From a virus (lineage: Duplodnaviria > Caudoviricetes), in the IMG/VR virus record IMGVR_UViG_3300011337_000448, positions 1-37,927 of that record: a stretch of 37,927 nt of DNA. The stretch is one strand, 5' to 3'. The notes under the pieces were generated by a model. That model was not told the DNA's origin. It made no database searches and was given only the letters and a program-made list of their open reading frames with translations. This document shows positions 8,771 to 15,914 of the stretch, in pieces; position 1 is the first letter of the stretch; each line of letters opens with the position of its first letter. The position numbers and the translations under genes are program-made.

Positions 8771-10176
8771 ACAGCTACTGGCGCTTTAATCGCGGGGTGT
8801 GGGTTGTAATTCTCCAAAGTGATGTCCTCGAATTTAAAGTCGAAAATGCTTTTGATCTCGGGGTTGAGCGTAACCGTTGGAGGCGGCAGAATCGTCCTGT
8901 CCCGTTGAATGAAATAAGCGTCAACATGGTTTCTATAGAGGTGTAAATCTCCAAGGCTGTGGATGAATCGACCCGCACGGTAGCCGGTAACTTGCGCGAC
9001 CATCATAAGCAGGAGCGAATACGATGCTATGTTGTATGGAATTCCAATGTAGGCGTCAGCACTGCGTTGCATTAATTGAAGGTCCATGGTGCCATCTGTG
9101 TGGACGTATATCTGATAAAACGCATGGCAAGGAGGCAAAGCCATATTGTGTAAATCGCTTGGATCCCACGCGCTAACAATATGGCGGCGTCCGTATGGGT
9201 CAGCTTTGATGCTGTCGATTAGATTCTGGATCTGGTCGACTATTTTCCCGTCCACTGTGCGTAAATTTCTATATTGAGCACTATAAATAGGCCCAAGATC
9301 GCCGTCTTCAATCAATTTTAAACGGGGTAAAAGACCACAAAATTCAGCCACATCAAATTCCCATCCTTCAAATCGTTTGTTTGCCCCATAGGGCCTAGGA
9401 GTTCCATATTTTATGACTCTGTTTAAAGCAGATTTGGACATACCCGTCCTTCTTGCGGCTTCAGCTTGGCTAAGATATAACCTTGTTGTGCCCGTTAAGT
9501 CACGAACTAAAATAGGTTTTACGGTTCTAGTGTATATATGGTTTTCCTCAGCTTTAAGCCAAACACTAGTATTTGGTCCGTATTGATTTGCTCCGTAATA
9601 ATCTTTATCGAGGTCAAATCCTTTAGGGTTGTTGGCTCGATACCACCAATGCGGTATTTTCTGCACTCCTTTTATAAAAGACTCTACGTCGTGCCAATCA
9701 GGATGCACCGTCACTCCGACTGCCCCATAATAAGCGTACCTCGTATGGGTTGGGTCATAACACTTGTGCATCATTCTATGCCAAATAATAGAGAGGTCTC
9801 TTTCTATTGTGTCGGCCTTTGTATTAATTTTTGCGCGACTGAAATTTCCAGAATAAAGAGCTGGAACCGCTTTTCTTGGCTCAATTATTTCTATGTCGCG
9901 ATCAAGATTGTAGGGTCGACGCCAGTGATCCCAAATATGCACACCGTTATCTTGCAGATATTTGACGTTGGTGCTGCCACTGAGAAACCAAAGCAGCTCG
10001 TGGACAACGCTCTTCCAGTGAATTTTCTTTGTCGTCAGCAAAGGGAATCCGTCAGCAAGATCATAGACGACCTGCTTCCCAAAAAGCGACGACACGCCCG
10101 TGCCGGTGCGATCGGATCGCCATTCGCCTTCGGTGTAGACCTCAGCGAGAAGGTCGAGATATTTTTGTTCGTTCAT
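8767..10176 (-). CDS. thyA: Thymidylate synthase with in-frame endonuclease insertion
   Basis: DRTGTG, FPLLTTK, ELLWFL, GDLGPIY, RRHIVSAW, catalytic ALPPCH, QRSAD, PYN, HLY, C-terminal IKAPVAV; about 203 extra residues between IWDHW and EDGDLGP. Confidence 0.95.
   Translation of the reverse strand: MNEQKYLDLLAEVYTEGEWRSDRTGTGVSSLFGKQVVYDLADGFPLLTTKKIHWKSVVHELLWFLSGSTNVKYLQDNGVHIWDHWRRPYNLDRDIEIIEPRKAVPALYSGNFSRAKINTKADTIERDLSIIWHRMMHKCYDPTHTRYAYYGAVGVTVHPDWHDVESFIKGVQKIPHWWYRANNPKGFDLDKDYYGANQYGPNTSVWLKAEENHIYTRTVKPILVRDLTGTTRLYLSQAEAARRTGMSKSALNRVIKYGTPRPYGANKRFEGWEFDVAEFCGLLPRLKLIEDGDLGPIYSAQYRNLRTVDGKIVDQIQNLIDSIKADPYGRRHIVSAWDPSDLHNMALPPCHAFYQIYVHTDGTMDLQLMQRSADAYIGIPYNIASYSLLLMMVAQVTGYRAGRFIHSLGDLHLYRNHVDAYFIQRDRTILPPPTVTLNPEIKSIFDFKFEDITLENYNPHPAIKAPVAV
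9313..9921 (-). mobile_element. HNH-like homing endonuclease plus NUMOD1-type HTH inserted in frame in thyA
   Basis: W..MMHKCY.....YAYYG..GVTV...W...F, LDKD..YGPNT..W....EN, and YLSQAEAARRTGMSKSALNRVI; visibly AT-richer than the flanks. Boundaries approximate to a few codons. Confidence 0.8.
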
Positions 10177-10178
10177 AA

Positions 10179-10460
10179 TTAAGACCAAGTAAAATAAGAG
10201 TCATGAATGGCTTCGAGGGCCGTGTCATATGCCTTTGACGCAAATTGGGTATCGCTAGAATCCGCAGGCGTCCATGAAGGCACCCATTTGCCATCTTGCA
10301 ACTTTGCCCCGTGCCCTCCGCACGAGCCGCCTTCGTCGCAATACGATTGCTCTTTCTCGTCCCAAATATACGTGCGGTTAATGATATTGATCGGCTCGTA
10401 TTGATGCTCTTTATCCCAGTTAAATCGACGATGTTTGATAGTAATGGTTGGATTACTCAT
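10179..10460 (-). CDS. Hypothetical protein
   Basis: ATG (MSNPTIT) after an A/C-rich leader; stop 2 nt before the thyA start. Confidence 0.55.
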   Translation of the reverse strand: MSNPTITIKHRRFNWDKEHQYEPINIINRTYIWDEKEQSYCDEGGSCGGHGAKLQDGKWVPSWTPADSSDTQFASKAYDTALEAIHDSYFTWS

Positions 10461-10809
10461 TGTGTTTGTGTGTTGTTGTTGTTTTAAAAACGTCGCACGG
10501 CTCGCAGCACTCCGGGCAGACATACCATTGTGTCGAGCCCGGTTTACCCGCGACCACGGCTGGAGCTTCGCAACAATAGGAGATAGTAATGTTTTGTGGT
10601 TGTTGTTTTTCCCTCAGCCGCACTACTTCATCAGCCAAAATCCGGGCTGAGGCGGCGAGCTGGGGGCATACTTTCTCTCTGTCTTCATCCGTGATTTCGC
10701 GCTCGATTATGTCGCAGGCCCAGCAAAAGTTTAACTGGTTGTAGCCTGTGTAGTTTACAAAATAAAGAGCCGCTTGAACGGCGTCGGTGATTTGCGCTGC
10801 TGTACTCAT
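10453..10809 (-). CDS. Hypothetical protein with C-terminal Zn-ribbon-like motif
   Basis: SYCCEAP...YVCPECCEPC; ATGA-coupled start (MSTAAQ). Confidence 0.6.
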   Translation of the reverse strand: MSTAAQITDAVQAALYFVNYTGYNQLNFCWACDIIEREITDEDREKVCPQLAASARILADEVVRLREKQQPQNITISYCCEAPAVVAGKPGSTQWYVCPECCEPCDVFKTTTTHKHNE

Positions 10810-11057
10810 AATTGTTTGTGTAAATGTGTTCTGATTTCCGTAAAATAGTCGCACAACTTATCGAGAGCCTGCGTGTGTTCGTATCTTTCGACAATGGCAA
10901 GGTGCCACTCCCGCGAGCCATGTGGGTAGTCGCGTGCGTAGAACTCGATGGCTTCCCATGCGTCTACAAAGTCCTTGAACGCACGAGCGGCTGCGTCGTA
11001 GTCGCGAATCAGTGCGGCCCGCGATGTGCCGCCGGAATGGATGGTTGGTAGAATCAT
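10806..11057 (-). CDS. Hypothetical protein
   Basis: MILPTIHSGGTSR...; ATGA overlaps at both ends. Confidence 0.6.
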   Translation of the reverse strand: MILPTIHSGGTSRAALIRDYDAAARAFKDFVDAWEAIEFYARDYPHGSREWHLAIVERYEHTQALDKLCDYFTEIRTHLHKQL

Positions 11058-11626
11058 GCTGTTGCTCTGTTGTGGATCGGATAGTGAAATCGGTATTTTG
11101 AAACGCGCGGCACTCGCACCACATCCGCAGTAGCTGGCACATTGCCTGCACGCCCGTATTTCTTGCCAGTATTGGCGTCTACATAGTCGCACCGTGGACT
11201 CTTGCGATCGTCATCGGGGCGTCCGTCCTGACTCCAGTTGGAGGCCTTGTAGATCGTGCCTGCGTGTCCTGCTGACGGATCGGCATAACTCACCAGATGT
11301 TCAACGTCGGCATGGTGTTTTTTTATGTAGCGAATACTCTGGCCAATTAGCCACGTTTCCGCGTTGCATGGGATGTGATCGAGCAAGTAGAGCCGCGCCA
11401 GCTCCCACGTCTTGCCCTTGTATCGCTTGTCTGATTGCATGGGAGGCGCTGAGTAAAGAATGCATCCCGACAGTTGATCATTGCAGAACATCGAGAGGCA
11501 AAGAAGGACAATGGCTGGCCGCTTCTTGAGGTAGTGCAGGCGTATGAAAGTATCGACTTGAGAGACGGAAGTTTTTTCAATGCGTGAAGCGGCGGCCCAT
11601 GATGAATCAAACTTGGAAGTGTTCAT
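11054..11626 (-). CDS. Mom-family adenine-modifying (methylcarbamoyl/GNAT-like) enzyme
   Basis: HYL...WELARLYL....NAETWLI..SI...VSYADPSAGHAGTIYKASNW...KYRF matches the motif pattern of phage Mu Mom-like proteins. Confidence 0.8.
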   Translation of the reverse strand: MNTSKFDSSWAAASRIEKTSVSQVDTFIRLHYLKKRPAIVLLCLSMFCNDQLSGCILYSAPPMQSDKRYKGKTWELARLYLLDHIPCNAETWLIGQSIRYIKKHHADVEHLVSYADPSAGHAGTIYKASNWSQDGRPDDDRKSPRCDYVDANTGKKYGRAGNVPATADVVRVPRVSKYRFHYPIHNRATA

Positions 11627-11823
11627 GATTTTCCAAAGAGTTTAATGTCGATAAGTTTGTCCTCGGCTGCCGCACACCGCACCTTCCAATAGTCTCGTTC
11701 TGCTTGGTGCCGGGTGATTGCTTCCCTCCCGATTTCGTAGGCACTGCGCTCATAGGCCTGCATCCAGTTGATGGTCTCTCGCTGCTGGAGCAGGATGTCG
11801 ATAAGTGCTTGTTTGGTGGTCAT
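11623..11823 (-). CDS. Hypothetical coiled-coil protein
   Basis: 66 aa, ATGA-coupled on both sides. Confidence 0.6.
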   Translation of the reverse strand: MTTKQALIDILLQQRETINWMQAYERSAYEIGREAITRHQAERDYWKVRCAAAEDKLIDIKLFGKS

Positions 11824-12035
11824 AAAGCACTATCCCGCGCATCGTTTTCCATCTTGACTGCGACTTTCGCCACCGCTATCCAGCATCCGACGCTGACCTT
11901 GTTAAGCGGATCGCATACAAAGTCTGGCCAGCTTGTAATGCTCATCTCTGGATGATGCTCTTTGGCTGCGTTAAGGTACGCCGCATAAAGCGCGCCGGCG
12001 TGGTTCATTAGTGCGTTTGAGTGTGTTGTTTCCAT
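11820..12035 (-). CDS. Hypothetical protein
   Basis: ATG (METTHSN) after an A/C-rich leader; the longer 12239 start runs through the pentamer repeat and is doubtful. Confidence 0.55.
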   Translation of the reverse strand: METTHSNALMNHAGALYAAYLNAAKEHHPEMSITSWPDFVCDPLNKVSVGCWIAVAKVAVKMENDARDSAL

Positions 12036-12080
12036 TGGGTTGTGTTGGTTTGTTGTTCTTGCGGATGTGCCCGCCCATGT

Positions 12081-12180
12081 TCCATGCCTTGCCGAGCCGG
12101 GCCATGCCGCGCCTGGCCCTGCCAAGCCGCGCCCAGCCAAACCTGGCCCCGCCGGGCCTTGCCGAGCCTGGCCTTGCCAA
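12081..12180. repeat. Tandem array of 20 degenerate pentamers (GCCNN)
   Basis: tccat gcctt gccga gccgg gccat gccgc gcctg gccct gccaa gccgc gccca gccaa acctg gcccc gccgg gcctt gccga gcctg gcctt gccaa. Confidence 0.92.
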
Positions 12181-12296
12181 ATTCCGAGCGTTCCAAAGTT
12201 CCGGGCGGCGGATTGCCACGGCTGCCGGACCAACCGCAATATAGGGGAGAATTACCGACAAACCCTTGGCATCGCTCTCACCGCTTACGAGGGTGT

Positions 12297-12647
12297 TCAT
12301 TTCTTAGTTTTGCGTGCTGTGTAATCTGACTCACACGTCTCCTCAATCTTGAGGATCGTGTCGCAGTGCGGGTGCATGGCCATCTTGTTCCTGACCGCAT
12401 TCTGGGTCATGCTCGTCGAGAACAACTCAAGGCGCTTACCCTGCATGTCGAGGCAGGTCACCACCCAGTAACGGCGGTTCTCCTTGGTCTTGCTGATCGG
12501 CGGTTCAATCTCTTCGACCTTGATCAGGCTAAGGAAGTCCGACTTGCGTTTAGCTGCAGCGCCCGCAGCTTTCTCGCTGTAGGTGCGGTAAACGGTGCGG
12601 ATGTTCTGGCCGGTCGTGGTAGCCATGTAAACGGCGTAGTGTTTCAT
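12297..12647 (-). CDS. Hypothetical protein
   Basis: MKHYAVYM... 116 aa, ATGA-coupled to an upstream small ORF. Confidence 0.6.
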   Translation of the reverse strand: MKHYAVYMATTTGQNIRTVYRTYSEKAAGAAAKRKSDFLSLIKVEEIEPPISKTKENRRYWVVTCLDMQGKRLELFSTSMTQNAVRNKMAMHPHCDTILKIEETCESDYTARKTKK

Positions 12648-12823
12648 ATCCAAGCAAAGAAAAGGGCTGTGTAGACGATGACCGCAAAAACGGTGACGAC
12701 GAGGATGCAAAGGCATCCACCAAGGCCATCGCCCTTTTGATACTCGTATTCCTGCATCTGCCGCCGGCGTGAGGCGGCTTCGTACACTTGTTTCCAATCG
12801 TTTGGTTTCGGTTGTGGTTTCAT
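12644..12823 (-). CDS. Small membrane protein (59 aa, not in ORF track)
   Basis: MKPQPKPNDWKQVYEAASRRRQMQEYEYQKGDGLGGCLCILVVTVFAVIVYTALFFAWI; one C-terminal TM segment; ATGA overlaps on both sides. Confidence 0.65.
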   Translation of the reverse strand: MKPQPKPNDWKQVYEAASRRRQMQEYEYQKGDGLGGCLCILVVTVFAVIVYTALFFAWI

Positions 12824-12960
12824 GGTTGTTTAACGATGCGGGTTAAAACGATGCGCAGGAACACGCTGACCGGCATGTTGACTTGTTTGGCTGCATCCTT
12901 GAGCCGGTCGCGCAGCTCCTTGGTGCAGCGAATGGTGATTGTTGAATCGTTCGCTTGCAT
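12820..12960 (-). CDS. Ribbon-helix-helix (Arc/CopG-like) DNA-binding protein (46 aa, not in ORF track)
   Basis: MQANDSTITIRCTKELRDRLKDAAKQVNMPVSVFLRIVLTRIVKQP; first gene after the late-operon terminator. Confidence 0.75.
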   Translation of the reverse strand: MQANDSTITIRCTKELRDRLKDAAKQVNMPVSVFLRIVLTRIVKQP

Positions 12961-12995
12961 GTGATCAGTTGTAAACGGTTTGAATACGCCGTCAA
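12961..12995 (-). promoter_or_regulatory. Putative early promoter, possibly leaderless
   Basis: TTGACG ending 29 nt before the RHH ATG, upstream T-tract, weak -10 (TACAAC/ACAACT). Confidence 0.4.
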
Positions 12996-13016
12996 CAAAA
13001 AAAGATCACATCCCAC

Positions 13017-13055
13017 AAAAAAACCCGCACTCCCTTTTTACAGGAATGCGGGTTT
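13017..13055 (-). terminator. Intrinsic terminator ending the late (structural) operon
   Basis: Minus strand AAACCCGCATTCC-loop-GGAGTGCGGGTTTTTTT. Confidence 0.8.
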
Positions 13056-13101
13056 CTCCACCCGGCGCGGTCCCTGTTGCGGCCCGGACGGAAGATCAAG
13101 T

Positions 13102-13299
13102 CTAGCCGACTACCTCAGCATCAACTAGCGGCGCAGCCTCATCCTTGCGAAATGGAGCGCAGGCGTCGAACAGCTTTTGATGGATGCCGGACGCGACGCC
13201 AGCGACCTTGATTCCGCCAGCCTTGACGGCGATGTCGATCAAGCCGGACAGGTCAACGGCTTCGGTTTCGGTAAGCGATAGTGCGATAGTTGGTTTCAT
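13102..13299 (-). CDS. Hypothetical protein (tail-fibre associated region)
   Basis: 65 aa, LIDIAVKAGG motif; last gene before the terminator. Confidence 0.65.
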   Translation of the reverse strand: MKPTIALSLTETEAVDLSGLIDIAVKAGGIKVAGVASGIHQKLFDACAPFRKDEAAPLVDAEVVG

Positions 13300-13339
13300 G
13301 CGCCGCTATAGTAGGAGGATGGGAGGAATAATCAAGTGC

Positions 13340-13669
13340 CTACTCAGCAGGAGGTTCTGGAACCACGGGCGCATTCTGCGCTTCGATCCACGTACGCAGG
13401 GGAGCGACGCAATCAATCACGGCCTGAAAGGCGATAGCCACCTCGGGCACCGCAGCGACGGCTTCCCACAGTTTGTCGGTATGCACCGGTTGATTGAGCG
13501 TGCCCGGACCGATCTCCTGCGTGGTCGGATCGTAGGGGAGCAGTTCGATTCGCACGTTGCCGGTCGTCAGCGTGGGGGCGTGGACGACGAGATTGTACAC
13601 CCATTGCTCGGTGTATGTTTTTTCCGGGACAGCGGGGACGACGATTGGTTGTTCTGGTTGAATGGCCAT
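13340..13669 (-). CDS. Hypothetical protein, possible tail fibre chaperone
   Basis: 109-aa acidic ORF directly after the long fibre gene; function inferred from position only. Confidence 0.6.
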   Translation of the reverse strand: MAIQPEQPIVVPAVPEKTYTEQWVYNLVVHAPTLTTGNVRIELLPYDPTTQEIGPGTLNQPVHTDKLWEAVAAVPEVAIAFQAVIDCVAPLRTWIEAQNAPVVPEPPAE

Positions 13670-13693
13670 GAGTTTGTTTGGTGGGTAAATGGA

Positions 13694-15442
13694 TTAAGCC
13701 AAGGTGATTGTGCCGGTACGGACCGTGCCGTCAGTGCCTTTCAGCTTGAAGGTTAGCGTGGTGTTGGAAGTGGCTTCGACTACGAGATCGCCGTTGAGTG
13801 TTGGAGTGATCGACGCTGGCGGCTGTTCAATCACACTGCGCACGCGAAGGTCGCGGAATGCGGCTGCCGTTCCGTTATTTACTTCAACCACCCCAGCCGC
13901 GTTTAAAGCTAAGGCGGCAGATACTCCAGAAGAAGGAGTTACGGTATCCGAAAAACGATACATGCCATCGGACCCGATTCGCATACCCGAATATCCGCCG
14001 CCTCTACCAATTAAAGCGCCAACTGCTCCGTTAGCCCATACCGCAATTGCGTTAGCACTAAAATCACCAAAACCGGAGTTATTTCCTGTTTCGCCAATAT
14101 TAAGGCTTAATGTGTTAAAGGTTCCAGTAATTTTAACCGATCCGGCAGCCGCAATAGTCATCCGCGTCACCCCATCCGTCTGGAACTCCAACCCACGCGC
14201 AATGCCGCCCGTGCCTTTGTACGTCCCCAGCAACACGTTGCCGGATGTCGGTGCCGTGATCGTGAAGCGTTCCCACGCGGCTCCGGGATAGGTTCCGTAG
14301 ACGCTAAATTTTTGTCCGTTGGTTCCGTTGCGGGTGGCTAGGTGGTATGGTTCTCCGTCGCGACGAAGAATAGTGTCAGCGGCAAATCCAGCGTCCGTTT
14401 CATGTGAACCAAAACCATAATAACTGCTTGCTGTTAAAGTTATTCCTGTCAAACAGTCCCACATTGCAGAACGAACTCCTCCGTTCATCAAAGCAACAAT
14501 AGGCGCATTTAATCCTATATACTGAGGCGCTGAAAGATACAGAGAATTTGAAATCGCCTGACCAGCAATTACAAATTGTTTTAATGAAGTGCCTGTATCC
14601 CCAATCCCTACGGTTCCAGTAATCAACCCGTCGCCCGCAACATGCAACTTCGACGTGGGCGAGGTCGTCCCGATGCCGACGTTTCCTGCCGTGGTGATGG
14701 TCATCCTGCGTGCGCCCGCAGTACCAAAGTTTAATGCCCCACCTGCTGCGCCAGTTCCAAGCCCTTCAGTTTGAATATCAAAATTAGCACCGTCAAAAGA
14801 CCCTAAAACACATCGACGGTAATTGCTGGCGTTTGAATACGTAGCATATACATGAAACTTTTGATTCGTTTCGCCATTCCGCAAGGCTAGGGTGTTGGCG
14901 GCTCCGTCGCGGAGGAGAATGGTGTCGGAGGCTGACGCGGTTGGGGATGTTGAGAAACCTAATACTGACACGTTAAATGTGTCGCCAGTTAATGAAGCCG
15001 TACCTGACCCATTGAATAAAGTTGTTCCTCCTGACCCTCCGGCAGACCAGCTCAACCCAATATTACTTGCCTGCGCTTTAATCAACCATCTGCCATTGCT
15101 AAAAACATCATTATTAACAAGATTATTCGAAACGTAATGTCCAGCTTTTGAAACGTAGGCCTTTAACGTCGCCGCATTTCCAGACCAAAGCTCAAGCAAA
15201 TTGCTCGCCGCAGCCGCACCAAGCGTTTCCGTAGCCACCACCTTAAACGCCGTATAAGTCCCCGTCGTTCCCCACGTCTGGCTGATCGTGACGGGTGCGT
15301 CGGATGTGAGCGTCCCAGAGTTTAGCCACGAGTTCCGCGACACGCGCTTACTGATCGACGCCGCCGTGTCCCAGATGAACGTGTGATCGGCATCAGCGAC
15401 AAAAAGCTTCTCGGTAAACTCGGAAAGATTAAGATTGGCCAT
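13694..15442 (-). CDS. Tail fibre / receptor-binding protein
   Basis: G/T/S/A-rich 582 aa with RMTITTAGNVGIGTTSPTSKLHVAG fibre repeat and a duplicated internal module. Confidence 0.75.
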   Translation of the reverse strand: MANLNLSEFTEKLFVADADHTFIWDTAASISKRVSRNSWLNSGTLTSDAPVTISQTWGTTGTYTAFKVVATETLGAAAASNLLELWSGNAATLKAYVSKAGHYVSNNLVNNDVFSNGRWLIKAQASNIGLSWSAGGSGGTTLFNGSGTASLTGDTFNVSVLGFSTSPTASASDTILLRDGAANTLALRNGETNQKFHVYATYSNASNYRRCVLGSFDGANFDIQTEGLGTGAAGGALNFGTAGARRMTITTAGNVGIGTTSPTSKLHVAGDGLITGTVGIGDTGTSLKQFVIAGQAISNSLYLSAPQYIGLNAPIVALMNGGVRSAMWDCLTGITLTASSYYGFGSHETDAGFAADTILRRDGEPYHLATRNGTNGQKFSVYGTYPGAAWERFTITAPTSGNVLLGTYKGTGGIARGLEFQTDGVTRMTIAAAGSVKITGTFNTLSLNIGETGNNSGFGDFSANAIAVWANGAVGALIGRGGGYSGMRIGSDGMYRFSDTVTPSSGVSAALALNAAGVVEVNNGTAAAFRDLRVRSVIEQPPASITPTLNGDLVVEATSNTTLTFKLKGTDGTVRTGTITLA

Positions 15443-15446
15443 AAAA

Positions 15447-15656
15447 TTATTGGTAAACTACAAGGTCACCTGTTCCATCAACTAGCACCTTGTGCGATGC
15501 GCCAGCCTCGACAAGGACGTGGTAGGTCGGCACTACAGGAATTGCCCCGTCAGTTGTCGCCACGATTAGCATCAACAATTCATCCGTGGGCGAGTAGGCC
15601 ACCGGGATTTGCACCGGGATAGCCGGCGCGATGAATGATGTGATGCGGGAGGTCAT
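15447..15656 (-). CDS. Small putative virion protein
   Basis: 69 aa, tightly packed between structural genes. Confidence 0.6.
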   Translation of the reverse strand: MTSRITSFIAPAIPVQIPVAYSPTDELLMLIVATTDGAIPVVPTYHVLVEAGASHKVLVDGTGDLVVYQ

Positions 15657-15659
15657 GGA

Positions 15660-15902
15660 TTAAGCACCCACCACAGTCCCAACGCTCGCTGCCGTATTCA
15701 GGTCCTTCGCCTTGATCGTGATTGGCGTGTTGGTTGGGATGATGTTGACCGCATCTTTCACTCCCAGCTCCGCCACGATAGCACCATTGGTGGCCAGCAC
15801 GTAAACCGGCTGGCTCGCCTCAACACCGTAGATCGTGTTGGGCGTGACCGTCAATGATGCGCTGGTTGCACCGGGTGCTAGATTGAAGTTTTGAGTGGCC
15901 AT
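15660..15902 (-). CDS. Small putative virion protein
   Basis: 80 aa, beta-rich composition, tightly packed. Confidence 0.65.
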   Translation of the reverse strand: MATQNFNLAPGATSASLTVTPNTIYGVEASQPVYVLATNGAIVAELGVKDAVNIIPTNTPITIKAKDLNTAASVGTVVGA

Positions 15903-15914
15903 GGCTTAATGAAA

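Noticed and set aside
9313-9921. Intein or group I intron in thyA
   Set aside because: No N-terminal Cys/Ser, no His-Asn plus nucleophile junction, and no non-coding core visible. Kept as an in-frame insertion; a covariance search is still needed to exclude an intron.
8767-10176. dCMP/dUMP hydroxymethylase (base-modification pathway)
   Set aside because: Retains the dUMP-specifying Asn (PYN) and a canonical ThyA C-terminus; no glycosyltransferase or kinase partners recognised.
12081-12180. CRISPR or mini-CRISPR array
   Set aside because: Period is 5 bp with no repeat-spacer structure and no cas genes.
11971-12329. Multiple overlapping ORFs with GQARQG/AWPG repeats
   Set aside because: The pentamer array has no stops in several frames, so these ORFs are expected artefacts; no frame is favoured.
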